Source: an uncultured Pseudomonadota bacterium
Lineage (GTDB): Bacteria; Pseudomonadota; Gammaproteobacteria; Methylococcales; Methylomonadaceae
Direction of reading: 5' to 3'
Assembly (NCBI GenBank): GCA_903875455.1
Contig: CAIQWF010000086.1
Coordinates: 1-16,794 of the forward strand
DNA length: 16,794 bases
The notes beneath the pieces are model-generated. The model was not told the origin of the DNA and did no database searches. It saw nothing but the letters and a program-made list of their open reading frames with translations. The position numbers and the translations under genes were made by a program. Shown here in pieces: positions 8,676 through 15,064 of the stretch (the first letter of the stretch is position 1; the number at the start of each line of letters is the position of its first letter).

Positions 8676-9023
8676 ATGCCTTATTTAAATCTGACTACCA
8701 ATATTTCTGTTTCCGCAACTGAAACTTCCGAGCTGCTAAGCCAGTTTTCACAACTTCTGGCTCAAAAAACAGGCAAGCCAGAAAGTTATGTGATGGTGGA
8801 GATGACTACTGACAAACCGATGTTATTTGCCGGAAACAACAAACCGTTAGCGTACATCGAATGTAAGAGTATTGGACTAAGCATTTCGCAAACTAAACCT
8901 TTAGCCGCCGCTATTTGTCAGTTATTGCAAACTACTTTGCAGATTGATTCAGAACGAGTTTATATCGAGTTTAGTGATTGCAAAGCTGATTACTGGGGCT
9001 GGAACAGCTCAACATTTGGTTAA
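8676..9023 (+). CDS. Macrophage migration inhibitory factor (MIF)-family tautomerase homologue
   Basis: 115-aa ORF, MPYLNLTTNISVS...TGKPESYVMVEM...ECKSIGLSIS...RVYIEFSD...GWNSSTFG. Several MIF features are conserved. Pro2 is the catalytic Pro1 after Met removal. Lys32 sits in the TGKP motif. The SIG motif is present. The C-terminal GWNSSTF is almost identical to mammalian MIF GWNNSTFA. A GGAG site lies 8 nt upstream of the ATG. Confidence 0.8.
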   Translation: MPYLNLTTNISVSATETSELLSQFSQLLAQKTGKPESYVMVEMTTDKPMLFAGNNKPLAYIECKSIGLSISQTKPLAAAICQLLQTTLQIDSERVYIEFSDCKADYWGWNSSTFG

Positions 9024-9039
9024 GCTGTTCGATACTCAT

Positions 9040-9066
9040 GGAGTACAAAAACTGTTTTTGTACTCC
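9040..9066. terminator. Perfect 12-bp palindromic hairpin between convergent genes; candidate bidirectional terminator
   Basis: GGAGTACAAAAA-ctg-TTTTTGTACTCC: a perfect 12-bp stem with a 3-nt loop. It lies 17 nt after the MIF stop and about 100 nt after the stop of the convergent coiled-coil gene. There is no separate flanking U-tract. The A5/T5 runs are inside the stem. Confidence 0.45.
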
Positions 9067-9164
9067 CTAATCAATATCCCAGAAAATTTATTATTTTAAC
9101 AAAACATCAAGCCGCCCTTAGTGGCGATTCTATCCTTTCTGCTTTATTTTTCAGTCTGAGATTT

Positions 9165-10871
9165 TTATTTGATTTCTGCCTGGTTGTCGAGCTTTTTAAA
9201 AAATCCCTTTAAACCAGCTAGAGTTGACTTATTTTCACTGGCAACCTCTTCAGATTGAGTTTGTTTTACTGGTTTGGATTTTTTTGCGTCTGAAGGATTT
9301 AGCGGTTCTACAACCTCTGCCTGTTTGTCCAGTTTTTTAAAAAATCCTTTTAAGCCTCGATTCGAAGAATCTTTATTTTCAGCAACACTTTTTTCTTCAA
9401 CTTGTGCTTGTTTTTTAGGCTGGGATTTTTTTGGCTCCACCGATTCTGATGGTTTTGACGATGCTGTTTCTTCGGTTTTTTTCGCCAGAATTTTTTGATA
9501 AAAGCCCTTAAATTGATCCGGCAAATGCTTGGCTTTATCTGCTATTTCGTCAATCTGCTGTTTCGCAGGATTGAGCATATCTACCGGACTCGCCTGAGTT
9601 TTCTCTACCGTCTTTTTCACTTCTTTGCGTTTCGGATTAAGCTTTTGTTCCAGCTCGATAATCCGTGCTTCCGCTTGCTCCTGTTTGGCTATGATAGCAG
9701 CCGGAATGGTTTTTAATGGCGAGTTTTTATCACTCATCAGCGCTTTTTTAACTTCCAGGTCATATTCCAACCGGAAAATATAATTGCCTTGTTCTGCTAA
9801 CGCCGTATTTAGCTCAGCAATTTTTTGGGTTAACTCCAACTCAACTGTCGCTGGTTTTTTCGCATTTTTAGCCACCAATTCTTTAATAGCAGCTTCACTT
9901 TCCAATAGTTTTCTCTCTAAAGCCTGATTGCTTTCTTGCAGTCTTTCGATAGTTTGTTGCTGTGCCAAAGTTTCTGGTGATCTTGCCCCGGCTGATTTTG
10001 CGGAGCGGTCTGTCAGTCTTTCTTCCAGTCTTTCCAATTGCAGAGTTGCACCTTCCAATTGTTGTTGCTGTTCAAGTTTGCTTTGCTGAGCCTGTGTAAG
10101 TGCTGTTTGCAGTTCTTGTAATTTTTTTTCTGCTTGTTGCTGTTGCTCAACCTGGTTTTGCTGGCTTTGTTGACGTTCTGAGTGTAATTCCTGCAAAGCC
10201 GTTTCTAATTGCTGCTGTTGTTGCACTTCAGCCTGTTGTAGTTGTGCAAATTCTGTTTGAAGCTGTTGCAAATTTTGCTCTAACTGTTGTTGCGTGGCTT
10301 TTGCCTGTTCTGCAAGCTCTGTTTGTTGCATCAAAAATTTTTGCTCTATCTGGCTAACTTGTGCTTTTTGCTGGTTTAGTTCAGTCGTTAATTCGTTTAT
10401 CGCTGCGTCTTTCTCGGCTAAACTGACTTCCCAGCTTTGTTTCAGACTTTCCTGCTTATTCTCAGATTCCTGTAATCGCTGGGTTAATTGTGCAAATTCC
10501 TGATTTTTTTGATTGAGTGATAACTCCAACATTGAAGTCCGTTTTGCTTCAGTTTCCGCAGCCTGTTTGTCTTTTTCTAATTCTTGGTTATTTTTTTCTA
10601 ATTCTGCAATCTGCGCAGCTTGCTCCGTTATTTTAAGTTCTGTCAGCTGGTTTTTTTGTTGCAAACTATTCAAATCAGTACCCAGCTGCATTCGCTGTTG
10701 CTCAGAACTGGTAATTTCTTTTTCTAAGGTGGTGCGCAACTGGTTTAATCGTGACCTGCTTGCTGCTGCCATCATTAACCAAATTAAAATAGCCGACACC
10801 ACAAAACTTATTGCTGCGGCTAACAGCGTGGTTTCCAGATTATATTCCAGACCAAGTAAAAAATCGGGCAT
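9165..10871 (-). CDS. Membrane-anchored coiled-coil protein, Q/E-rich, with C-terminal tandem 48-aa repeats
   Basis: 568-aa ORF with a GGAGA site 7 nt upstream of the ATG. The N-terminal TM helix is LLAAAISFVVSAILIWLMMAAA. About 400 aa of heptad-like, Q/E/L-rich sequence follow, including poly-Q runs. The C-terminus carries two copies of GLKGFFKKLD(K/N)QAE(V/I) spaced 48 aa apart, which corresponds to a diverged ~144-nt tandem DNA repeat at about 9170..9460. Confidence 0.6.
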   Translation of the reverse strand: MPDFLLGLEYNLETTLLAAAISFVVSAILIWLMMAAASRSRLNQLRTTLEKEITSSEQQRMQLGTDLNSLQQKNQLTELKITEQAAQIAELEKNNQELEKDKQAAETEAKRTSMLELSLNQKNQEFAQLTQRLQESENKQESLKQSWEVSLAEKDAAINELTTELNQQKAQVSQIEQKFLMQQTELAEQAKATQQQLEQNLQQLQTEFAQLQQAEVQQQQQLETALQELHSERQQSQQNQVEQQQQAEKKLQELQTALTQAQQSKLEQQQQLEGATLQLERLEERLTDRSAKSAGARSPETLAQQQTIERLQESNQALERKLLESEAAIKELVAKNAKKPATVELELTQKIAELNTALAEQGNYIFRLEYDLEVKKALMSDKNSPLKTIPAAIIAKQEQAEARIIELEQKLNPKRKEVKKTVEKTQASPVDMLNPAKQQIDEIADKAKHLPDQFKGFYQKILAKKTEETASSKPSESVEPKKSQPKKQAQVEEKSVAENKDSSNRGLKGFFKKLDKQAEVVEPLNPSDAKKSKPVKQTQSEEVASENKSTLAGLKGFFKKLDNQAEIK

Positions 10872-11011
10872 AAGTAGTCTCCATATAAAAAATCAACAAG
10901 TAAGAATGTTAAGTTATAAACTGCCAAACTGCTAAAGTAAAGGAATGGCCTGCAAAGCACAAGGCAATTGCCCCCTACTTCTAACCAGTATGAAGATATT
11001 GACAGGGCATT

Positions 11012-11063
11012 ATAAACAAAACAACCGCTCTGCTTGCCACAAGGTGACTCGCAGGAGCGGTTG
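11012..11063 (-). terminator. Rho-independent terminator of ppiD
   Basis: Inverted repeat CAACCGCTC (11022..11030) and GAGCGGTTG (11055..11063), with the loop possibly forming a sub-stem. A plus-strand A-rich run AAACAAAACAA gives UUGUUUUGUUU directly after the hairpin on the minus strand. It is 27 nt downstream of the ppiD stop. Confidence 0.55.
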
Positions 11064-11089
11064 CCAATAACACAATTGAAAGATGAAAA

Positions 11090-12958
11090 CTACTGTTTTG
11101 CTGGTGGCAATGAAACCCTCACATCAGCATCTGCCTGCAAACTGCCAAGTACTGCTTCAAACATCGACTCTCCAAAAGCTTTAGCGATATTTTTTTCTGC
11201 CAACTTTAACTGTTTTTTATCGCTTTCACTCATCACCCCTTCGGTGACTTTATTTAGGCTAATCACAATTTGTTCGCCACTGGGCATGGCAACTGTCAGG
11301 ACGGTTGGCTTGCCGCCTACAGGTTTGGCAGCTTTAAATATCGCCTGACTGACCTGGGCTGGAACCTCCGCACTACTGCGACTTAATTTAGCCACCGTTT
11401 TAAGCGGCAGCTTATGTTCGGCCACTAAAGCAGAGAATTTTTTCCCTGCCAATAATTGCTTTTTAAGTTCGGCTGCTAAACTAATCGCGTCTTTTTTAGC
11501 CTTTTCAGCCAACAAAGCCGTGACAATGGCAGACTTAACTTCTTTTAGATCGCGAACGGCAGCAGGGTGATGTTCTTTCATCCTTAGCACCACAATTTTA
11601 TCAGTGCCCAGTTCCACAGGCTCGCTATTATTACCTTTTAATACCTCTTCTGAAAAAGCCGCACTTCGTACTGCCGCTTCTTTGGCAATCCCATCACCTG
11701 TTTCTTTGGTAAACAGCGGAGTTTTTTCTACCTGCACACCTAAAGCTTCGGCAACTGCGGTCAAGCTGTCGGGATTTTGATAGCTTACTTCGGCAAGCTT
11801 ATCATTTAAAGCATAAAAATTGGCTTCCGCTTCTTTACGTTGATACGCCTTGGTTACTTCGGCTTTTACCTCTGCAAACGGCTTTACTACTCCTGGTACT
11901 AATTCAGTGACTTTGATCAAATGATAGCCGTAAGCAGATTTAACCGGTTTTGACACTTCGTTGAGTTTTAATTTTCCCGCAACCTCTTCAAAGTTTTTCT
12001 CCATCACCCCCGCTTCAAACAAACCTAAATCTCCGCCTTTTGCAGCGGTAGCTTTATCTTCAGAAACCTCAGCCGCTAACGCTTCAAACGTTTTGGTTTT
12101 TAAAGCTTCCTGTGCAGCTTCAGCTTTTTTCAAAACGGCTTTTTCATCAGATCCTTTAGTGAAAGCAAATAAAATATGACTGATTTTACGCCGCTCTTTG
12201 CTGCTATAAAGTTGTTTTTGCTCCTCATAGAAGCTTTTTAGTTGTGCTTCCGTGGCGTTGACTTCCTTTGCCAAATTGTCCAGAGACAAAGTAGCGTATT
12301 CTATTGAAACCTGTTCCGGTGATTGATACTGGTTTTGGTGCTGCTGATAATAAGCTTTGATTTCCGCTTCAGTCGGTTGGCTGGTTGCAGGAGATACCGT
12401 AACAGTTGTGTATTCTATGTCGCGAAGCTGATTCTGAATTTTAAAGAAATGCTCGATGTCGTATGGGGTTGCAAAACTGCTATCAGTAATACTGCGCTGA
12501 TATTGTTCCATTACCTGGCTTTTTTTGATCCGGTTGACAAATTCTGTCGAAGAAAGATGTTGTGCTGACAATAAGTCCTGATAGCGTTTCTTATCAAACT
12601 TGCCATCCACTTTAAAATAGTCCATGTCCTGAATCAGTTCTCTGGTGGCTTTATCAGTAGCGGCCAAGCCTTGTTTTTCAACGTGTTGCAAAAGCACTTC
12701 GTCCTTGATTAACTTGTTTAAAGCCTGTTTTTTTAAAGTTTCCTCATCAATATTCATCCCTTGCAATTGCTGGCTGAATTGTTGATATGCCCTATTGACA
12801 TCATTTTGGAAAAACTCTTTATGATTAACTGATGCCACAGCTTTTTCTGAGCCACCCGAGATGTAATTTTCAATGCCCCACAATGTGAAAGGAACGCCAA
12901 TAACCAACACAAGCACCCAAGAAAAGGCTCTTGATTTCTCTCTAATTTTTGTCAACAT
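11090..12958 (-). CDS. ppiD: Periplasmic chaperone / peptidyl-prolyl isomerase PpiD
   Basis: The real start is probably MLTKIREKSRAFSWVLVLVIGVPFTLWG, with an N-terminal signal-anchor like E. coli PpiD. The track ORF extends 19 codons further upstream. A SurA-like chaperone region follows. A parvulin motif is present (SAYGYHLIKVTE). The length is typical (~620 aa). The gene sits beside hupB as in enterobacteria. Confidence 0.8.
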   Translation of the reverse strand: MLTKIREKSRAFSWVLVLVIGVPFTLWGIENYISGGSEKAVASVNHKEFFQNDVNRAYQQFSQQLQGMNIDEETLKKQALNKLIKDEVLLQHVEKQGLAATDKATRELIQDMDYFKVDGKFDKKRYQDLLSAQHLSSTEFVNRIKKSQVMEQYQRSITDSSFATPYDIEHFFKIQNQLRDIEYTTVTVSPATSQPTEAEIKAYYQQHQNQYQSPEQVSIEYATLSLDNLAKEVNATEAQLKSFYEEQKQLYSSKERRKISHILFAFTKGSDEKAVLKKAEAAQEALKTKTFEALAAEVSEDKATAAKGGDLGLFEAGVMEKNFEEVAGKLKLNEVSKPVKSAYGYHLIKVTELVPGVVKPFAEVKAEVTKAYQRKEAEANFYALNDKLAEVSYQNPDSLTAVAEALGVQVEKTPLFTKETGDGIAKEAAVRSAAFSEEVLKGNNSEPVELGTDKIVVLRMKEHHPAAVRDLKEVKSAIVTALLAEKAKKDAISLAAELKKQLLAGKKFSALVAEHKLPLKTVAKLSRSSAEVPAQVSQAIFKAAKPVGGKPTVLTVAMPSGEQIVISLNKVTEGVMSESDKKQLKLAEKNIAKAFGESMFEAVLGSLQADADVRVSLPPAKQ

Positions 12959-13020
12959 AATATATGCCTTAGACCTTAAAAAATAGACATAACCCAATAC
13001 GCAGGTTGTAAACACAACCC

Positions 13021-13059
13021 AAAAAAAAACCCCGAAACCAATACGGCTCGGGGTTTTTT
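13021..13059 (-). terminator. Bidirectional-looking terminator hairpin after tRNA-Asp
   Basis: AAAAAAAAA-CCCCGA...TCGGGG-TTTTTT. The GC stem is flanked by an A-run on one side and a T-run on the other. It lies between the 3' end of tRNA-Asp (13065) and the ppiD start. Confidence 0.6.
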
Positions 13060-13064
13060 AGGTT

Positions 13065-13141
13065 TGGCGGAGTGGACGGGGCTCGAACCCGCGACCCCCG
13101 GCGTGACAGGCCGGTATTCTAACCAACTGAACTACCACTCC
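13065..13141 (-). tRNA. tRNA-Asp (anticodon GTC)
   Basis: The reverse complement reads GGAGTGGTAGTTCAGTTGGTTAGAATACCGGCCTGTCACGCCGGGGGTCGCGGGTTCGAGCCCCGTCCACTCCGCCA. It has a cloverleaf, a GTC anticodon in the loop CCUGUCACG, and a 3' CCA. It is near-identical to E. coli tRNA-Asp. Confidence 0.95.
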
Positions 13142-13147
13142 TTAATC

Positions 13148-13223
13148 TGGTGGGTGCTGAGGGGTTCGAACCCCCGACCCTCGCCTTGTAAGGGCGATGC
13201 TCTCCCAACTGAGCTAAGCACCC
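13148..13223 (-). tRNA. tRNA-Val (anticodon TAC)
   Basis: The reverse complement reads GGGTGCTTAGCTCAGTTGGGAGAGCATCGCCCTTACAAGGCGAGGGTCGGGGGTTCGAACCCCTCAGCACCCACCA. The anticodon loop is CUUACAA, it ends in 3' CCA, and it is very similar to E. coli tRNA-Val(UAC). The plus-strand 64-aa ORF at 13064..13258 is an artefact of these tRNAs. Confidence 0.95.
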
Positions 13224-13231
13224 GACTAAAG

Positions 13232-13254
13232 AAGATGCTAGTTTACAGCATCTT
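13232..13254 (-). other. 8-bp hairpin overlapping the hupB stop codon, directly upstream of tRNA-Val; possible processing site or attenuator
   Basis: AAGATGCT-agtttac-AGCATCTT. The hupB TAG stop at 13238..13240 lies inside the stem, 15 nt before the 5' end of tRNA-Val. There is no strong U-tract. Confidence 0.35.
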
Positions 13255-13510
13255 TTAAACTTTTACCAGCTTTAAATGCAGGAATCTTTGCTGAAGGGAT
13301 AGTAATCTCTGCTCCGGTCTGTGGATTTCTGCCTTTGCGCTCTGCTCTTTCTTTCACAGAAAACGTCCCAAACCCAACCAGAGCAACGGATTCACCTTTT
13401 CCAAGCGCAGTTTTTACCGCATCAAGAAAACCATCTAAAGCTTTTCCTGCATCTGATTTTGTTAAGTCAGAAGCGGCAGCAATTGCGTCTATTAGTTCTG
13501 ATTTATTCAT
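13238..13510 (-). CDS. hupB: DNA-binding protein HU-beta
   Basis: 90-aa protein [11 protein letters not shown]...[45 protein letters not shown], a classic HU fold with an Arg/Pro-rich DNA-binding arm. An AAGGGG site sits 6 nt upstream of the ATG at 13510. The track ORF has a 21-codon spurious N-terminal extension. Confidence 0.9.
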   Translation of the reverse strand: MNKSELIDAIAAASDLTKSDAGKALDGFLDAVKTALGKGESVALVGFGTFSVKERAERKGRNPQTGAEITIPSAKIPAFKAGKSLKDAVN

Positions 13511-13874
13511 TATTTTCCCCTTAGGTAGTTTGTTTATTGTGTATTCTGTGAAAAAACATGCCAAATTCCCCACGTTAAGTGTGCATAACGGTAAGAACCT
13601 GCGCTATTTATATCAACGCCCTTATGGAGTGTCAAGCTTTTAAACCGGCTAGAAACCTTGTCTGCTAAGGTTTTGCCGATTTTTGATAGTCTTTTCACAA
13701 TTGCATTTACAAGCTGATAACCACTAAATTGAAATTCTAGTTCTCACTCAATTTCCCCAATTGAATGTTTAAATTTATTACATGCACTGTCTTTTTTACC
13801 AAGCATTAACAATCTACACTGATTCAATTAAGTTATTTTTTTCCATTCATTAAATTTTTTTACTTGGGGGAAGC

Positions 13875-14924
13875 ATGTGCGCTGAACAACAACGCTGGCG
13901 CGGCCTTATGTTGGGAACCGCTGTCGGTGACTCAGTAGGCTTGGCGGCTGAAGGCATATCGCACCAACGCAATGCCAAAATATTTCGTCAGCAATGGCGG
14001 CAGCGCTTTTTTATCCGTTGGGGCATGTGCAGTGATGATACGGAACACACTGTCTTTGTCGCACAAGCTTTATTGGCTCATCCGACCCAGGTTGAGTCTT
14101 TTCGCAACCGTTTGGCGTGGAGTTTGCGCTGCTGGTTTCTGGCATTACCTGCTGGCATTGGTTTGGCGACCGGCAAAGCCATCATTAAATTATGGTTAGG
14201 ATTTAATCCGAAACACAGTGGTGTTTATTCCGCCGGGAATGGTCCTGCGATGCGGGTTGCGCCCATTGGTGCATTTTTCGCCCAACAACCAGCTTTGTTA
14301 AACGAATATCTGACCGCCTCAACCTTAATCACCCATACCGATAAAAAAGCCTTAATCGGGGCAAAAGCTATTGCAGAAACAATTGCCTGGGTATGGCGTG
14401 AAAATTTCACTAAAAAACCAGCGTTAGCTGATTTTATTGCGCTGTTGGGTCAAATTGATGCCGATACAGAATGGCAATCGTTGGTGAATCGGATTGAACA
14501 CGGGCTACAGCAAAATTTAACTGTCAATCAGTTTGCTGATTTGATGGGCTTAAGTCACGGAATTACCGGCTATATCTATCATACAGTGCCGATGGTGCTC
14601 TATGCCTGGTACAAACATTTTGGAGATTTTGCGCAAACTTTAACCAGCATTTGGGATTGTGGCGGTGATACTGATACAACCGGGGCAATTGTCGGAGCTT
14701 TAGCTGGCAGTGTGGCCGGTGAGCAAGGGATTCCGGCTGACTGGATAAACGCGATTTTGGAATATCCGCATTCGGTGAGTTTTTTACAAAAGCTGGCAGA
14801 CCGGCTTGCTAAACGTGAACATAAGCCGGTGTTTTGTTTTGCCCCCGCCATCATTTTGCGGAATTTATTTTTCTTGGGCGTAGTATTGCTGCATGGTTTT
14901 AGACGCTTGTTGCCACCTTATTAA
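13875..14924 (+). CDS. ADP-ribosylglycohydrolase family protein (DraG/ARH-like) with a hydrophobic C-terminal tail
   Basis: 349-aa ORF. ARH signature motifs are present: GTAVGDSVG near the N-terminus, CSDDTEHT, and C-terminal GGDTDTTGAIVGALAGSVAGEQGIPADW. A GGGGGAAG site lies 6 nt upstream of the ATG. The last ~30 residues (VFCFAPAIILRNLFFLGVVLLHGF) are strongly hydrophobic, which is unusual for this soluble enzyme family. Confidence 0.75.
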   Translation: MCAEQQRWRGLMLGTAVGDSVGLAAEGISHQRNAKIFRQQWRQRFFIRWGMCSDDTEHTVFVAQALLAHPTQVESFRNRLAWSLRCWFLALPAGIGLATGKAIIKLWLGFNPKHSGVYSAGNGPAMRVAPIGAFFAQQPALLNEYLTASTLITHTDKKALIGAKAIAETIAWVWRENFTKKPALADFIALLGQIDADTEWQSLVNRIEHGLQQNLTVNQFADLMGLSHGITGYIYHTVPMVLYAWYKHFGDFAQTLTSIWDCGGDTDTTGAIVGALAGSVAGEQGIPADWINAILEYPHSVSFLQKLADRLAKREHKPVFCFAPAIILRNLFFLGVVLLHGFRRLLPPY

Positions 14925-14973
14925 TGACTGCCAATCTTTTTAAGTAACAGAACAAAAATTCTTCGGTATTTAG

Positions 14974-15001
14974 TTGCTAGGCTGGAGTCCCAACTCTTGA
15001 G
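14974..15001. other. Imperfect palindromic hairpin between convergent genes
   Basis: GGAGTCCCAACT-cttg-AGTTGAGACTCC: a 12-bp stem with one mismatch, followed by AAAAAA on the plus strand. It has the same GGAGT...ACTCC outer stem as the hairpin at 9040..9066. Confidence 0.4.
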
Positions 15002-15064
15002 TTGAGACTCCAAAAAACACGGGAAAATTTATGTTGAACCACTTAGAACTGGCGGTCGTGAACT

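Noticed and set aside
10100-10700. Repetitive TTGCTG/TTGTTG tracts that look repeat-like
   Set aside because: This is codon-level low complexity from poly-Gln and coiled-coil heptads on the minus strand. There are no regular spacers or direct repeats of CRISPR type.
9274-10935. Series of plus-strand ORFs (74-140 aa) rich in Cys/Phe/Ser/Leu
   Set aside because: They lie entirely antisense to the Q/E/K-rich coiled-coil gene. Their low-complexity composition is the mirror of CAG/CAA/GAA codon runs. They have no ribosome-binding sites.
11034-11348. 104-aa plus-strand ORF
   Set aside because: It overlaps the ppiD terminator hairpin and the ppiD 3' end in antisense. It has no ribosome-binding site and a non-protein-like composition.
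12959-13015. N-terminal 19-codon extension of the ppiD ORF (MFTTCVLGYVYFLRSKAYI)
   Set aside because: The PpiD signal-anchor begins at MLTKIREK. The upstream extension has no ribosome-binding site and overlaps the tRNA terminator region.
13064-13258. 64-aa plus-strand ORF (MAEWTGLEPATPG...)
   Set aside because: It is the antisense translation of the tRNA-Asp and tRNA-Val genes. The GLEPATPG and GSNPRPSP strings are typical tRNA T-arm artefacts.
13335-13643. 102-aa and 67-aa plus-strand ORFs
   Set aside because: They are antisense to hupB, which has an unmistakable HU sequence, and have no start context. Spurious.
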